A stretch of DNA of 64,000 bases from Nitrospinales bacterium. Its GTDB lineage: Bacteria > Nitrospinota > Nitrospinia > Nitrospinales > JAJDAT01. This document shows, one piece after another, positions 29,640-39,647 of this stretch. The notes beneath the pieces were generated by a model. The model searched no databases. It saw only the letters and a list, made by a program, of their open reading frames with translations, and was not told the DNA's origin. Every line of letters starts with the position of its first letter. Position 1 is the first letter of the stretch. Made by a program: the position numbers and the translations under genes. The stretch is taken from assembly GCA_046757665.1 (NCBI GenBank), contig JBHHYO010000003.1, positions 1 to 64,000 of the forward strand. The letters run 5' to 3'.

Positions 29640-30679
29640 TCCAACCCGAGCATCAGGCAGTTCAAGCCGCTGCCGATGCCGAGGAGCGCGGCCTTGTCGC
29701 CTTTTTTGAGGCACCCCGCCTCCTCGCCCAGGGCCAGGGTGGCCGGCAGGGAGGCGGCGCCCGTGTTGCCCAGAAACTCCAGGGTCGAGAAGTCCTTTTC
29801 CATCGGCAGGCGCAGGGTTTCGTACATGAGCTTGCGGTGCAGGTGACCGACCTGATGGCAAAACACGCGGTCCACGTCGTCGTTGCTCCAGGCAAGCGTG
29901 GCCTTGGTTTTCTCCCAGGTTTTTCCCGCCAGCAGGCATCCTTGTTTCATGAGGGTTTCCGAATCGGTTGTCATGAGCGGCGTGGATTCGGCGTTCATGC
30001 CGCCGTCGGCGTTGCCGCGGCAGAGGTCGTTGAACTCGGTGGCGGCCCAGGCCTCGCCGCCCAGGAGTTTGTGGTAGGACCGGGACAAACTGCGGTGCGT
30101 CAGCAAGACCGCCGCCGCGCCGGAGCCGATGGTCAGCGAGGCGAAGGAGGATTTCACGTCGGCGCGTTTGAGTTCGGGGTTCGAGCGAAGCGTTTCGATG
30201 GTGTGGTCGATGAGGGGGCCGCCGTTCTCGCCGGCCACCACCAGGCCGGCGCGGATTTGCCCCAGCTCGATCATGTCGGCGATAATCACCATTCCGTTGA
30301 GCACGCCCAGGCAAGCGTTGGACACGTCGAACAGCAGGGCCTCCCGCGACAGGTCCAGATTGTGATGGATGACCGAGGCGGTGGCGGGCTCCAGAAAGTC
30401 GCGGCACACCGAGGCGCAAATCAGGCAACCGATTTCGCCGCGGTCCAGCCCGGATTTCTCGATGGCCTTTTCGCCGGCGACGGAGCTGATTTCGCTGGGA
30501 TAGACGCCGTTGTTCCAGAACCGGCGCTCGCGGATGCCGCTCATCATCTCCAGGCGGCCGTAGGGCAGTTTCAACCGGTCGTAAACCTCCGCCAGCCGCT
30601 GTTCCAGCTCCGCCGAGGGCACGATGTTTTCCGGCAAATGGCAGGCCACGGCCTCGACGCAAACATTTTCAAATTTCAT
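29633..30679 (-). CDS. oleA: OleA-type acyl-CoA Claisen condensing enzyme (KAS III-like)
   Basis: GIRERR, RDFLEPATA (OleA-type Glu), DVSNACLG, HQVG, GNTG, GIGSGLNC. Confidence 0.85.
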   Translation of the reverse strand: MKFENVCVEAVACHLPENIVPSAELEQRLAEVYDRLKLPYGRLEMMSGIRERRFWNNGVYPSEISSVAGEKAIEKSGLDRGEIGCLICASVCRDFLEPATASVIHHNLDLSREALLFDVSNACLGVLNGMVIIADMIELGQIRAGLVVAGENGGPLIDHTIETLRSNPELKRADVKSSFASLTIGSGAAAVLLTHRSLSRSYHKLLGGEAWAATEFNDLCRGNADGGMNAESTPLMTTDSETLMKQGCLLAGKTWEKTKATLAWSNDDVDRVFCHQVGHLHRKLMYETLRLPMEKDFSTLEFLGNTGAASLPATLALGEEAGCLKKGDKAALLGIGSGLNCLMLGLEW

Positions 30680-30701
30680 AATTGCCGACGCCTTTCAAAA
30701 A

Positions 30702-30838
30702 AGAGCTTTGCATAAGTGTACTTGTTTGATTGTCATTGCGAGGGGCGAAGCCGACGAAGCAATCCAGAAAGGACCCATTCCTACCGGGCGTGGCCCGGCT
30801 GGATCGCCACGCCGCCGGCGCGGCGAAGAACCTCGGGC
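30702..30838 (+). mobile_element. Family-A element, copy 3
   Basis: GAGCTTTGCATAAGTGTACTTGTTTGATTGTCATTGCGAGG...GCTGGATCGCCACGCCG. Confidence 0.78.
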
Positions 30839-30858
30839 AGGGGAGCACCCGCCGCAAG

Positions 30859-32607
30859 TCAATTCCGATGCGGAACGTCAACAAACTGCATTTCATAATA
30901 TTTTTGATAAATTCCACAGTTGGCGAGAAGTTCCTCGTGCGACCCTTCCTCGACGATTTGCCCGCTGTCGATGACGATGATGCGGTTGGCGTGCTTGATG
31001 GTCGACAGCCGATGGGCGATCACGAAGGTGGTGCGATTTTCCATCAAGCGGTCGAGCGCGTCCTGCACCAGTTTTTCGGATTCCGAGTCCAGCGACGAGG
31101 TCGCCTCGTCCAGCACCAGTATGGGGGCATCCCGCAACAGGGCGCGGGCGATGGCGATTCGTTGCCGCTGTCCGCCGGACAGTTTCACGCCGCGCTCGCC
31201 GATGACCGTATCATACCCTTTTTCCAGGGGGTCGACAAACGAATCGACATGGGCCGCCCGGGCGGCGTTCAGGACAGCCTCCTCCGATGCCGCCCCGGTT
31301 TCTCCAAAAGCGATGTTGTTGCGAATCGTGTCGTTGAACAGAAACGTTTCCTGAGTCACCAGGGCCAGGTTGCGCCTCAGCGACTGCACGCTGAACTCCT
31401 GGATATCGACGCCGTCGATGAGGATTTTCCCCTCGGTGACGTTGAAAAAGCGGAACAGGAGATCGACCAGGGTAGTTTTCCCGGCGCCGCTCATGCCGAC
31501 GATGGCGACGATTTCGGATTTTTTCACGGCAAGGTTGATGTCCTTCAACACCCAGGCGTCCCGGGAGGGATAACGGAAAGACACGCCGCGAAATTCGATG
31601 CAGTCCTCGAATCGGGCCAGCTCCCGCCGGCCGCCATCCACATCCTCCTCCTCCCGGTCGAGGATGGAAAAGACCCTTTCGGCCCCGGCGAGGGCGTTCT
31701 GGAAATTCGCGTAAATTTTGAACAACAGGCGGATGGGGCCATACATCATGAACAAGGCGACGATGAAGCCGATAAACGTTCCCTGCGTCACTTGCCCCGT
31801 GAGCACCTGACTGCCGCCGTACCAGAGAATCAAGGCGCCGCTGAGCACGCCCAGAAACTCCATGAACGGCGAGGGGATTTCGATGTACTTGACGTTCTTT
31901 TTCATGACCTCCAGAAAACGCCGGTTCTGCTCGCCAAGTTTTTGCTTCTGCCGGTTTTCCAGGGAAAACGCCCGAACGATTTTTATCCCCGAAAAGGATT
32001 CCAGAATCGTCGAGTGAATGTCCGAGAGAATCTCCTGCCCCCTGTGGCTCAAGCGCCGCAACTTGCGCGCAATGTTGGAAATGGGGAAAACCGCCAGGGG
32101 AAAGATAATAAGCGCCAGCACGGCCCAGTCCCATTTCAGATAAAAAACCCAGCCGATCAGCCCCAGAAGCATGATGAAGTTTTGCAGGGACTCCTTGACC
32201 AGATTGGTGATGGAGGACTGCATGATGGAAACGTCGTTCATGATTCGGGAAATGAGCTGGCCGGTCGGGGTCTCTTCAAAGAAAACCAGCGGCAGGCGCT
32301 GAATGCGCTGGAACATTTTTTCCCGCAGAGACACCACCAGGTCCCAGGAGATTCCGAAAATGATTACATTTTGAATATAGGAAAAAATCCCCTTGACCAG
32401 AAACAGCGCCACCAGGGCCAGGGGGATCAGCTTGAGCATCAGAAAATCTTTTTCGAGGAAGATGTCGTCGAAGGTTTTTTTGATCAAGGGAACCGGCGAG
32501 GTGGCGATCACCCCAACCACGATGGAACAAAAAATGGCAAACGCCACCTTGCCCCGGTAGGGATGGAGGTATTGAAGCAACCGCTTGTAAAGTTTCAGGT
32601 TCATCAC
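30859..32607 (-). CDS. msbA: Lipid A export ABC transporter (MsbA-like)
   Basis: Fused TMD-NBD; GMSGAGKT, LSGGQRQR, LDEATSSLD, IAHRLST. Confidence 0.85.
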   Translation of the reverse strand: MMNLKLYKRLLQYLHPYRGKVAFAIFCSIVVGVIATSPVPLIKKTFDDIFLEKDFLMLKLIPLALVALFLVKGIFSYIQNVIIFGISWDLVVSLREKMFQRIQRLPLVFFEETPTGQLISRIMNDVSIMQSSITNLVKESLQNFIMLLGLIGWVFYLKWDWAVLALIIFPLAVFPISNIARKLRRLSHRGQEILSDIHSTILESFSGIKIVRAFSLENRQKQKLGEQNRRFLEVMKKNVKYIEIPSPFMEFLGVLSGALILWYGGSQVLTGQVTQGTFIGFIVALFMMYGPIRLLFKIYANFQNALAGAERVFSILDREEEDVDGGRRELARFEDCIEFRGVSFRYPSRDAWVLKDINLAVKKSEIVAIVGMSGAGKTTLVDLLFRFFNVTEGKILIDGVDIQEFSVQSLRRNLALVTQETFLFNDTIRNNIAFGETGAASEEAVLNAARAAHVDSFVDPLEKGYDTVIGERGVKLSGGQRQRIAIARALLRDAPILVLDEATSSLDSESEKLVQDALDRLMENRTTFVIAHRLSTIKHANRIIVIDSGQIVEEGSHEELLANCGIYQKYYEMQFVDVPHRN

Positions 32608-32682
32608 AAGGAACTTTACGACAAAACGGCGTTCAGGGCAAATCGGGAAATGGGCTCAAAGCCGGCGGCGCGGGCAACCCAT

Positions 32683-32718
32683 AAAAAAGCCCCCGCCCTT
32701 GAGGCGCAAGAGCGGGGG
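32683..32718 (-). terminator. Rho-independent terminator after the USP gene
   Basis: CCCCCGC.CTTG / CAAG.GCGGGGG stem with a T6 tract on the minus strand. Confidence 0.65.
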
Positions 32719-32764
32719 TATTGGCGTTCACGCGGGAAAGGAAACCTTCCCCTTTTTCGATTTT

Positions 32765-34735
32765 TCAGGAGGAACTCACGCTTTCCTTCTTGGGCAGGAA
32801 ATCCTCGATCGTCGCTCCGTTGGCGACGGCTTCCGCCATCATTTTTTTCGATTCCTCGATACCCTGCTCGGCCACCTGCAAGGTGATCTCGGTGGCATGA
32901 ATCGACTCGGCGTATTGCAGGACGCGCTTTTTGGTGCTGTCCCTCATGAACCCCTGGGGCACGAGTTCCAGCCGCTTGGTGGCTTCCGGGGTCCAGCGGA
33001 ATTTGGACTCATCCACGGGCGCCGGCGCGTAGGGCGAACCGTTGCCGCCCTTGTCGCTACCCTTGGCGGTGGTTTTCTCGTTAAAAATCCTGTCGACGAA
33101 AGCCAGGGTGATGACGGGGACGTTTTGGACGCGGGCATTTTTCTCCACGCGGGCCTGGGCTTTTCTGCGGATGTGCCCCTTGGGGTAGTCATCGAGCCGT
33201 TCCCAGGCGCGCCGGGTCCACTGGTTTTCCTTGCCGTCGAAGGAGGTGACGATGGTGACTCCGCCTTCTTTTTCGGCATCGGCCTTGAAGGCTTCCTCGT
33301 CCACGGGCAGTAACCGCTCGGCGCCGGCGTTGCAGACGCCGCACTGGACGGCGCCGCCGCCCATCACCGCGCCGCAATTGGTGCATTGGAGTTTGGCGTC
33401 CGCCGGAGCCTTTCCGGCATGGGCCTTCGCCATTTCATCCTTCAGCATGTCAAGGTTGCCGGCGGCAAGGGGATCTTCTCCCTCCTTGGCCTGCTCCCGG
33501 AGTTTTTGGCCGATCATGTTCATCGCCTGCATGGCGCCGGCGGGAAGAATGTTCTCGCAGGCTTCGGTGATGACGCTGGAGGTGATCATGCTGTGGCCGC
33601 GCTCCAGGGCATAGCGCAAAATCGCCGCCGTCGCCATGGGCCGGACAAAGCCGGGGATTTTCTGCAACCGCTCTTTCGACTCGGCGGTCCATTCGATGGT
33701 TTCCTCGGCGATCATGTCGATTTTCGGCTTGAACACGCGGCTGGAAATCAGGGTGTTGCACGGCACCATGCGGAGCAGGTTCTCGGTGTTGCCGCCGATA
33801 TCCATATCCTGCGCGCTGTGCACGCCGATGCGGCCGAGGATCAGCAGGAAGGGGTTTTCCTCCCGGGCGTATTGCAGAACTTTTTCGAACACCTTGCCGT
33901 CCAGCAGACGGACGGTGCAATCCAACTCCTCCTCCTCGGCGATCTGGCGGGAGATTTCCAGGTGCGCCTGGTAAATCTTCGCCAACCCCTTGTCGATGAT
34001 GTCTTCATGCAGTTTTTCCTGTTGCTCGAACTTAAACACCTTGCCGGCTTCCTTGGACAGAACGCCGGTGAGGCTGTTGAACATGGCGTAGTGAAAATAG
34101 GGATCGAAGGAGGAGATAATTTCCAGGGGACGGCCCAGCAGTTTCGCCAGTTCGATCCCGGTTTTCAGGCCGCCAAAGGCCTGGCCGCTACCGTCCACGG
34201 CGACGACGATTTTTCCGCTGGACGGTTTCTCCCCGTGCAGTTCGGGAATGTGCTTGACGATCAGGGTGTCGGTCTTGACGCGGCGGATCACCCGCTCGCA
34301 AACCGTGCCGATCTGGCTGTCCTTGATGGCGCCCAGCCCCATGACCCCCATGATGACGAGGTCGTACCGGGATTCATTGATATCCTTCACCATCTCGATC
34401 CAGTTTCTTCCCTCCAGGGACTTGCCGACAAAGGGGACATTCTCCTTCTCGCACCGGAACCGGGGAACGTCCAGATAAGAATCGGTAATCACTTCCATGC
34501 CCTTGGTGATCAACTGGTCGTGAATGTTGCGCTGTTTTTCGAGTTCCTGCTCATCCTGATATTCTTCCGGCAGGCCGCTTTCCATTTGCCGGAAGCGCAC
34601 GTCGTGCATTTTGGCGGCGTACACGTGGCTGGCCGTCAGGGTCGCCCCGGTCTTTTTGGCCAGCTCCAACCCGATGTCGATACAGGCGTTGGAATAATCC
34701 GAATTGTCCACCGGTAAATAAATATTTTTAAACAT
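32765..34735 (-). CDS. Tandem universal stress protein domains fused to three PCP_red-like repeats and a Zn ribbon
   Basis: IYLPVDNS and IVVAVDGS USP starts; three WT..A/S..RL...P.G..R repeats; CTNC...CGVC. Confidence 0.85.
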   Translation of the reverse strand: MFKNIYLPVDNSDYSNACIDIGLELAKKTGATLTASHVYAAKMHDVRFRQMESGLPEEYQDEQELEKQRNIHDQLITKGMEVITDSYLDVPRFRCEKENVPFVGKSLEGRNWIEMVKDINESRYDLVIMGVMGLGAIKDSQIGTVCERVIRRVKTDTLIVKHIPELHGEKPSSGKIVVAVDGSGQAFGGLKTGIELAKLLGRPLEIISSFDPYFHYAMFNSLTGVLSKEAGKVFKFEQQEKLHEDIIDKGLAKIYQAHLEISRQIAEEEELDCTVRLLDGKVFEKVLQYAREENPFLLILGRIGVHSAQDMDIGGNTENLLRMVPCNTLISSRVFKPKIDMIAEETIEWTAESKERLQKIPGFVRPMATAAILRYALERGHSMITSSVITEACENILPAGAMQAMNMIGQKLREQAKEGEDPLAAGNLDMLKDEMAKAHAGKAPADAKLQCTNCGAVMGGGAVQCGVCNAGAERLLPVDEEAFKADAEKEGGVTIVTSFDGKENQWTRRAWERLDDYPKGHIRRKAQARVEKNARVQNVPVITLAFVDRIFNEKTTAKGSDKGGNGSPYAPAPVDESKFRWTPEATKRLELVPQGFMRDSTKKRVLQYAESIHATEITLQVAEQGIEESKKMMAEAVANGATIEDFLPKKESVSSS

Positions 34736-34838
34736 ATGCCGACAATCTCCCCCCAAGCTGGTTGGGTATGTTTTTATATAACGATGTGCCCTCAAATCTA
34801 ACCCCCCGCAAATTCCTTGTCCAAAAGCGGGAGAGTAA

Positions 34839-34866
34839 ATTCTAGCAAAATAACGACGGCTGTCAA
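34839..34866 (-). promoter_or_regulatory. sigma70 promoter for the USP gene
   Basis: TTGACA, 16 bp, TG-c-TAGAAT extended -10. Confidence 0.55.
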
Positions 34867-35229
34867 CGCTGTCTGTCCAATGCTCTAAGGATAAACGATT
34901 TCGTCCGCCGTTTTCAAAAAAAAATTCATTCGCGGACTTCCCGTTTTCTTATGTCGTTCCGAAACACCAAAACCTTTCCCGGTGCGCGCAACGTATCGGC
35001 GCATATTAACGGGGCTTTGCGCGGAGCGGGGGTTGCGGGCCGCAGATAGTTTTGCCGGAGACGGGGATTTGAGTTAAAATAACCGCAAAAACTATTCTCG
35101 TTCGCATCGGCAACCAACAAACAGAAACTGTATTTTAAAAGACAATGGAGGATGGGCTTTTCCGGCCGCCTGCCGCCGAACGGGGTTTTTCCCGCGCCCG
35201 GCCGCGCCTGCCTCCAAAAGGAGAACACC

Positions 35230-36627
35230 ATGCCGGCAGTCAGCAAAGACGATCTTTTAAACGGGTTAAAAGGAATCATCGTCCTCAACGACGGCAACGC
35301 AATCATCGAGGACGCGGAAAAGTTGCGCGGGTCGCCCCTGGACCATCTGCTGGCGGAAGCCGTGCTTAATAAAAATAAAGACGTCAGGGGAATGGCAAGG
35401 TACCTTATCAAATCGGCGGCCCGGCAGTTGGGAATTTTCCCCGCCAGCATTCAGGGGTTGTACGAAGCGCGGGGTCGGGGCGAGATGGGCGGCTTCACGG
35501 TTCCGGCGATCAACATCCGCGGCATGTCCTACCAACTGGCCCGGGCCATTTTCCGCGCCACCCACAAGATAGACTGCGGCGCGCAAATCTTCGAGATCGC
35601 CAAATCCGAGATCGGCTACACCTTCCAGCGGCCGCACGAATATGCCACCGTGATCCTCGCCGCCGCCATCAAGGAAAACCATAGCGGGCCGGTGTTCATC
35701 CAGGGCGACCATTTCCAGGTGAACGCCAAAAAGTTCGCCGAGAACCGGGAGCAGGAACTCGCCGGTTTGAAAAACCTGATCCGCGAGGCCATCGCCGCCG
35801 GGTTTTACAATATCGACATCGACACGTCCACGCTGGTCGACTTGAGCCAACCCAGCGTCGCCGAACAGCAACGCGCCAATTTCGAGATCGGCGTGGAGCT
35901 GACCGCCCGAGTCCGCGAACTGGAACAGGAAGGCATCACCATTTCCGTGGGCGGAGAGATCGGCGAAGTCGGCAAGGAAAACAGCAATCCGGAAGAACTG
36001 AAAGCCTACATGGACAACTTCAACACCTGCCTGGAAGCCCTGAACAAGGGCTATAAAAGCATCAGCAAAATTTCCGTGCAAACCGGCACGTCGCACGGCG
36101 GCGTGCCCCTGCCCGACGGCTCCGTCGCCGAGGTGAAACTCGACTTCGACACGCTGGAAGTGTTATCCAGAATCTCGCGGGAGCAGTACGGCCTGGCGGG
36201 GGCGGTGCAACACGGCGCGTCCACCCTGCCCGCCGAACTGTTCCACCGCTTCCCGGAACTGGAAACCGCGGAAATTCACCTGGCCACCGACTTCCAGAAC
36301 ATGATCTACGAAAGCCCGCATTTCCCCGCCGACCTGAAAGCGGAAATCTACAAGCACCTGCATAGCCGCTTCGCCGACGAAAAAAAATCAGGCCAGACCG
36401 ACGAGCAGTTCATCTATAAAACGCGGAAGAAGGGGTTCGGCGAGTTCAAGAGCGCTTTCTGGAATTTGCCGGAGGAAGTCAAAACGGAGATCGGCAAGGA
36501 AATAGAAGCGCGGGTGGATTTCCTGCTCGACCAGCTCAACGTGAAGAACACCCGCCAACACACCGACCGCACCATCCAACCGGCCGACGTCAAACCCGAC
36601 CTGCAATCCGAAATCGAGTGGAGTTGA
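35230..36627 (+). CDS. Class II fructose-bisphosphate aldolase family protein (long form)
   Basis: FTVPAIN, IQGDH, GGEIGEVG, GTSHGG, VQHGAST; GGAG RBS. Confidence 0.88.
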   Translation: MPAVSKDDLLNGLKGIIVLNDGNAIIEDAEKLRGSPLDHLLAEAVLNKNKDVRGMARYLIKSAARQLGIFPASIQGLYEARGRGEMGGFTVPAINIRGMSYQLARAIFRATHKIDCGAQIFEIAKSEIGYTFQRPHEYATVILAAAIKENHSGPVFIQGDHFQVNAKKFAENREQELAGLKNLIREAIAAGFYNIDIDTSTLVDLSQPSVAEQQRANFEIGVELTARVRELEQEGITISVGGEIGEVGKENSNPEELKAYMDNFNTCLEALNKGYKSISKISVQTGTSHGGVPLPDGSVAEVKLDFDTLEVLSRISREQYGLAGAVQHGASTLPAELFHRFPELETAEIHLATDFQNMIYESPHFPADLKAEIYKHLHSRFADEKKSGQTDEQFIYKTRKKGFGEFKSAFWNLPEEVKTEIGKEIEARVDFLLDQLNVKNTRQHTDRTIQPADVKPDLQSEIEWS

Positions 36628-36670
36628 AATAAATAAGCAGTTGCTCAGCCGACCGTCCTCTAAAACTGGC

Positions 36671-36707
36671 TTGCCTTATGGTTACAAATGCTATACAATT
36701 GTAACCA
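36671..36707 (+). promoter_or_regulatory. TA promoter with overlapping palindromic operator
   Basis: TTGCCT, 17 bp, TACAAT; IR TGGTTACAA-N11-TTGTAACCA. Confidence 0.75.
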
Positions 36708-36722
36708 CAAGGAGGTGCTCAA

Positions 36723-36977
36723 ATGCCCACGGAACCGACAAATTTAAGACTGGATATAGAAGCCAAGAAAAAAGCGTACGCTATTTTTGCCAAAGTTGGT
36801 ATTAAACCTGCCCAGGCGGTCAATCTTTTTTTTCGTCAGGTGGAGTTACACAAAGGTCTTCCCTTTGACGTTAAAATTCCAAACGCCGAAACCATTGAAG
36901 CCATGGACGAACTCGCCAAGGGCGGTGGGAAGCTTTACAAGAATTCCAAAGCCATGTTTAAAGACCTTGGCATTTAA
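36723..36977 (+). CDS. dinJ: RelB/DinJ family antitoxin
   Basis: RHH N terminus, AVNLFFRQV...GLPFDVKIPNAETIEAM; AGGAGG RBS. Confidence 0.88.
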   Translation: MPTEPTNLRLDIEAKKKAYAIFAKVGIKPAQAVNLFFRQVELHKGLPFDVKIPNAETIEAMDELAKGGGKLYKNSKAMFKDLGI

Positions 36978-37252
36978 TGTACCAAACACGGCTTTCCACA
37001 AAATTCAGGCGTGATATCCGGCGTTGCAAAAAACAACGTAAGGATATGCAACTTTTCAAAGATATTGATGCGTTGCTAACCGCCGGTAAACCGCTACCCA
37101 AAAAGAATAAAGATCATAACCTCTCGGGCAACTGGAACGGATACAGGGAATGCCATATAGGACCTGATTGGCTTTTAATCTACCGCGTTAATGAGGATGA
37201 AATGGTTGTTGAATATGCTCGTACGGGAAGCCATTCAGAGCTTTTCAGTTAG
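36977..37252 (+). CDS. yafQ: YafQ family mRNA interferase toxin
   Basis: KDHNLSGNWNGYRECHIGPDWLLIY, RTGSHSELF; TAATG overlap. Confidence 0.92.
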   Translation: MYQTRLSTKFRRDIRRCKKQRKDMQLFKDIDALLTAGKPLPKKNKDHNLSGNWNGYRECHIGPDWLLIYRVNEDEMVVEYARTGSHSELFS

Positions 37253-37399
37253 GAGTGAAGGCGTCAGAAACAATGACGATAGCAGGTGTGACCTTCCTCC
37301 AATCCATGAACACCTACCCCCATTGCCCTTCCAAGCCGCCGGATTTGCGGGCGTTGTTTCACCGCATACCTGCTCTGTGCGCTATATGTAAGGGATAAA

Positions 37400-37680
37400 A
37401 AACAGGAGACGGGAGGCTGGAGACGGTCAATGGTCACGCTTCGACGGGCTCAGCGTGACGGGGAGTCGGAAAAAACGGAGATCGGAGACCGGGGAAAAAC
37501 GGGAACCGCAAAGGCGCCAAGGGCGCAAAGAAAAAATCCCCCCAGCCCCCTTCCAGAAGGAGGAGTAAATTTCAAATGGGATTTTTCTGTGTCCATCTGT
37601 GCGCCCTTTTGTAAGTCAGGGACAGGTATCGTGGTTAGATTTTTTGCTTTTCTCCGTGCTCTCGGTGGCTCCGTGGTGAT
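37400..37680. repeat. Mosaic of short repeat motifs (families B and C and others)
   Basis: GTCACGCTTCGACGGGCTCAGCGTGAC hairpin, ACCGCAAAGGCGCCAAGGGCGCAAAG, TCCCCCCAGCCCCCTT, TCTGTGTCCATCTGTG, CTCCGTGCTCTCGGTGGCTCCGTGGT. Confidence 0.6.
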
Positions 37681-38033
37681 TTCGGTATGGTAAATTTTAA
37701 TCTTCAAACGGCGGCCTTCGACATGCCAAAACCAGTTCTTATAAATCGTTTTAAATCATTGGGATGCGCCGCAAAATGCGATCCGGTTTTTGGGCGATTT
37801 TCCGCGAAATTCGCTGATTTTTTACCTGACCGGAAACCCGGTAAACAGCTTGCGGTGCAAGGGGTTGCCGGGTTTATGACCTGACATTTCGACTATTTCG
37901 TTCCTCGTTTTTCAAAAATTTTTTTTCCGCAAAATCGGCCCCGGTCAGGTGCAACCGACAGCACAAGCTTTCGTAAGGGGACGGCGAGGGCGGGATCGGT
38001 CAGGTAGTCGAATTTCCCAAGCCGGCCCCGGCT

Positions 38034-39107
38034 CTAATCGTGGGTTTGTAATTCGGCCAGCGTGTCGGCGAGGACGGTGAACACCGCGGACAGGCTTTCG
38101 GAGGAGCATTTGTCCAGGGTGTCGGCCTGGGTGTGCCAGTGGGGATAGTCGAAGTCGATCAGCAGGACCGACGGGATACCGCGCGCGATGAATGGATAGT
38201 GATCGTCCAGGATGCTGTATTTGGCTTTTGACTTGAACTGGCGGAAGTTGTTCTTCTGGCGGGCGACGCGGTCGATGATGTCTATCAGCCAGGGAGCGCT
38301 TTTTACGGAATGGCTCTCCCGGTAAATTTGCAGGTCCTTGTCGCCTATCATGTCGATCACCACCACGGCGCGGGGCCATTGGGTTTTGTCCCCTTTTCGC
38401 AGTTGGCGGGCATAGTGCATGGAGCCCAGGAGGTACTCGGACGATCCCTTGGCGCCATAATCCTCGCCGTCGAAAAAGACCAGGTGGACGGGGTTTTTCG
38501 GTTTGTGGTCATGAAGCAGTTGGGCAAGCGCCAGCAGGACGGCGGTTCCGGAGCCGCCGTCGTTGACGCCGGGGATGGGCCTTGTCCGCAGGGTGGGGTC
38601 GGGCTCTTCGTCGGCGAAGGGCCGGGTGTCGTAATGGGCGCCGATGAGGATGGGCGCTCCGCTGTCGCCGTTAAAGCGCATTTCAATATTCGCCAGCGGC
38701 ACCGGCGCCTGGCCGCGCACCCGATGGGTGAAGGGTTGCGGTACAACGGCGTCGGCGAATCGCCTGCCGGTTTGCAGGATGTATTCTTTGAGCATTTGGT
38801 GACCCGGACTGCCTGGGTTGCGCGGCCCCATGCCGGCAATGGTTTGCAGGTAGCGCCAGGGAACGTCCCGATACTTTGCCAGGTCCGCCGGTTCGGCGGC
38901 GGCGGGCGCAAACAAACCCCGCGACAGCAACAGGAGAACCACCGGCAACAGGACACGGGATGTGATAAACCGCCTCCCGCCCTCTCTGGCAGATGGTCTG
39001 CCACCCTTCGACAAGCTCAGGGTGACAACCCTGTTCCCTTCACAGGACTTTTTCAACTCTCTGTCAGGGCCGGATTTTAACGGCGGGAGACCAGGTGGAA
39101 CGGACAT
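38034..39107 (-). CDS. M28 family Zn peptidase / glutaminyl-cyclase-like exported protein (start uncertain: 39107 or ~38948)
   Basis: [37 protein letters not shown]. Confidence 0.88.
   Translation of the reverse strand: MSVPPGLPPLKSGPDRELKKSCEGNRVVTLSLSKGGRPSAREGGRRFITSRVLLPVVLLLLSRGLFAPAAAEPADLAKYRDVPWRYLQTIAGMGPRNPGSPGHQMLKEYILQTGRRFADAVVPQPFTHRVRGQAPVPLANIEMRFNGDSGAPILIGAHYDTRPFADEEPDPTLRTRPIPGVNDGGSGTAVLLALAQLLHDHKPKNPVHLVFFDGEDYGAKGSSEYLLGSMHYARQLRKGDKTQWPRAVVVIDMIGDKDLQIYRESHSVKSAPWLIDIIDRVARQKNNFRQFKSKAKYSILDDHYPFIARGIPSVLLIDFDYPHWHTQADTLDKCSSESLSAVFTVLADTLAELQTHD
38999..39063. repeat. Family-B palindromic repeat
   Basis: TGCCACCCTTCGACAAGCTCAGGGTGACAA...CAGGACTTTTTCAACTCTCTG, similar to 10-73. 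Confidence 0.72.
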
Positions 39108-39492
39108 GAAAATAATCCTGAAGAATTTGAGCATGGTCGAAGACGAGCGGCCGCGGCAGGGTGTCTTTCGAGAACACGCCGACGGCTTTGGCGTCGGACG
39201 CGGCCCGCGGACTGCCGGAAGCGCCGGCGATGAATACGGTGGATATGTTGTGCCGGCGCGGGTCACGCGCCGGGTCGGAATAGCTGTGAAACTGGCCGAT
39301 CAGCTGTACGTCCAGGGAGGTTTCCTCCCGGGCTTCGCGGACGGCCGCCGCCTCCAGGGACTCGCCGTAATCGACATATCCGCCCGGCAAGGCCCAGCCG
39401 TGGGGCGGGTTACGACGCTCGATCAAGACGATCCCCCCGCCCGGCAATTCTATGATAACGTCCACGGTGGGGACAGGGTTTTTGTAGGCCAT
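39064..39492 (-). CDS. Nudix hydrolase
   Basis: Nudix box [28 protein letters not shown]. Confidence 0.92.
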   Translation of the reverse strand: MAYKNPVPTVDVIIELPGGGIVLIERRNPPHGWALPGGYVDYGESLEAAAVREAREETSLDVQLIGQFHSYSDPARDPRRHNISTVFIAGASGSPRAASDAKAVGVFSKDTLPRPLVFDHAQILQDYFHVRSTWSPAVKIRP

Positions 39493-39647
39493 GATTCGAT
39501 GCTTGTCGGAACCTGTTGGAACACCCGCGCTCCCTGGCAAAAGGCCGCCCCCAGCCGCCGCGAATGCGTTGACAACTTTTATTTTACTGGTATTTTGGCG
39601 AATAGCAAAGGGTTAAAGATCGGGCCTCAATCCGGCGCAAAAAAAGC

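Noticed and set aside
29640-30662. N-terminal 340-aa extension of the 640-aa ORF (apparent OleA-OleB fusion or frameshift)
   Set aside because: The extension is an R/G/P-rich alternative frame over oleA; oleB has its own start overlapping the oleA stop
30669-30917. Small ORFs sharing the peptide RNDNQTSTLM (also 10780-11181)
   Set aside because: Translations of the family-A repeat, not genes
37430-37884. Short ORFs in the post-TA intergenic patch
   Set aside because: Made of repeat-derived sequence; no RBS or domain evidence
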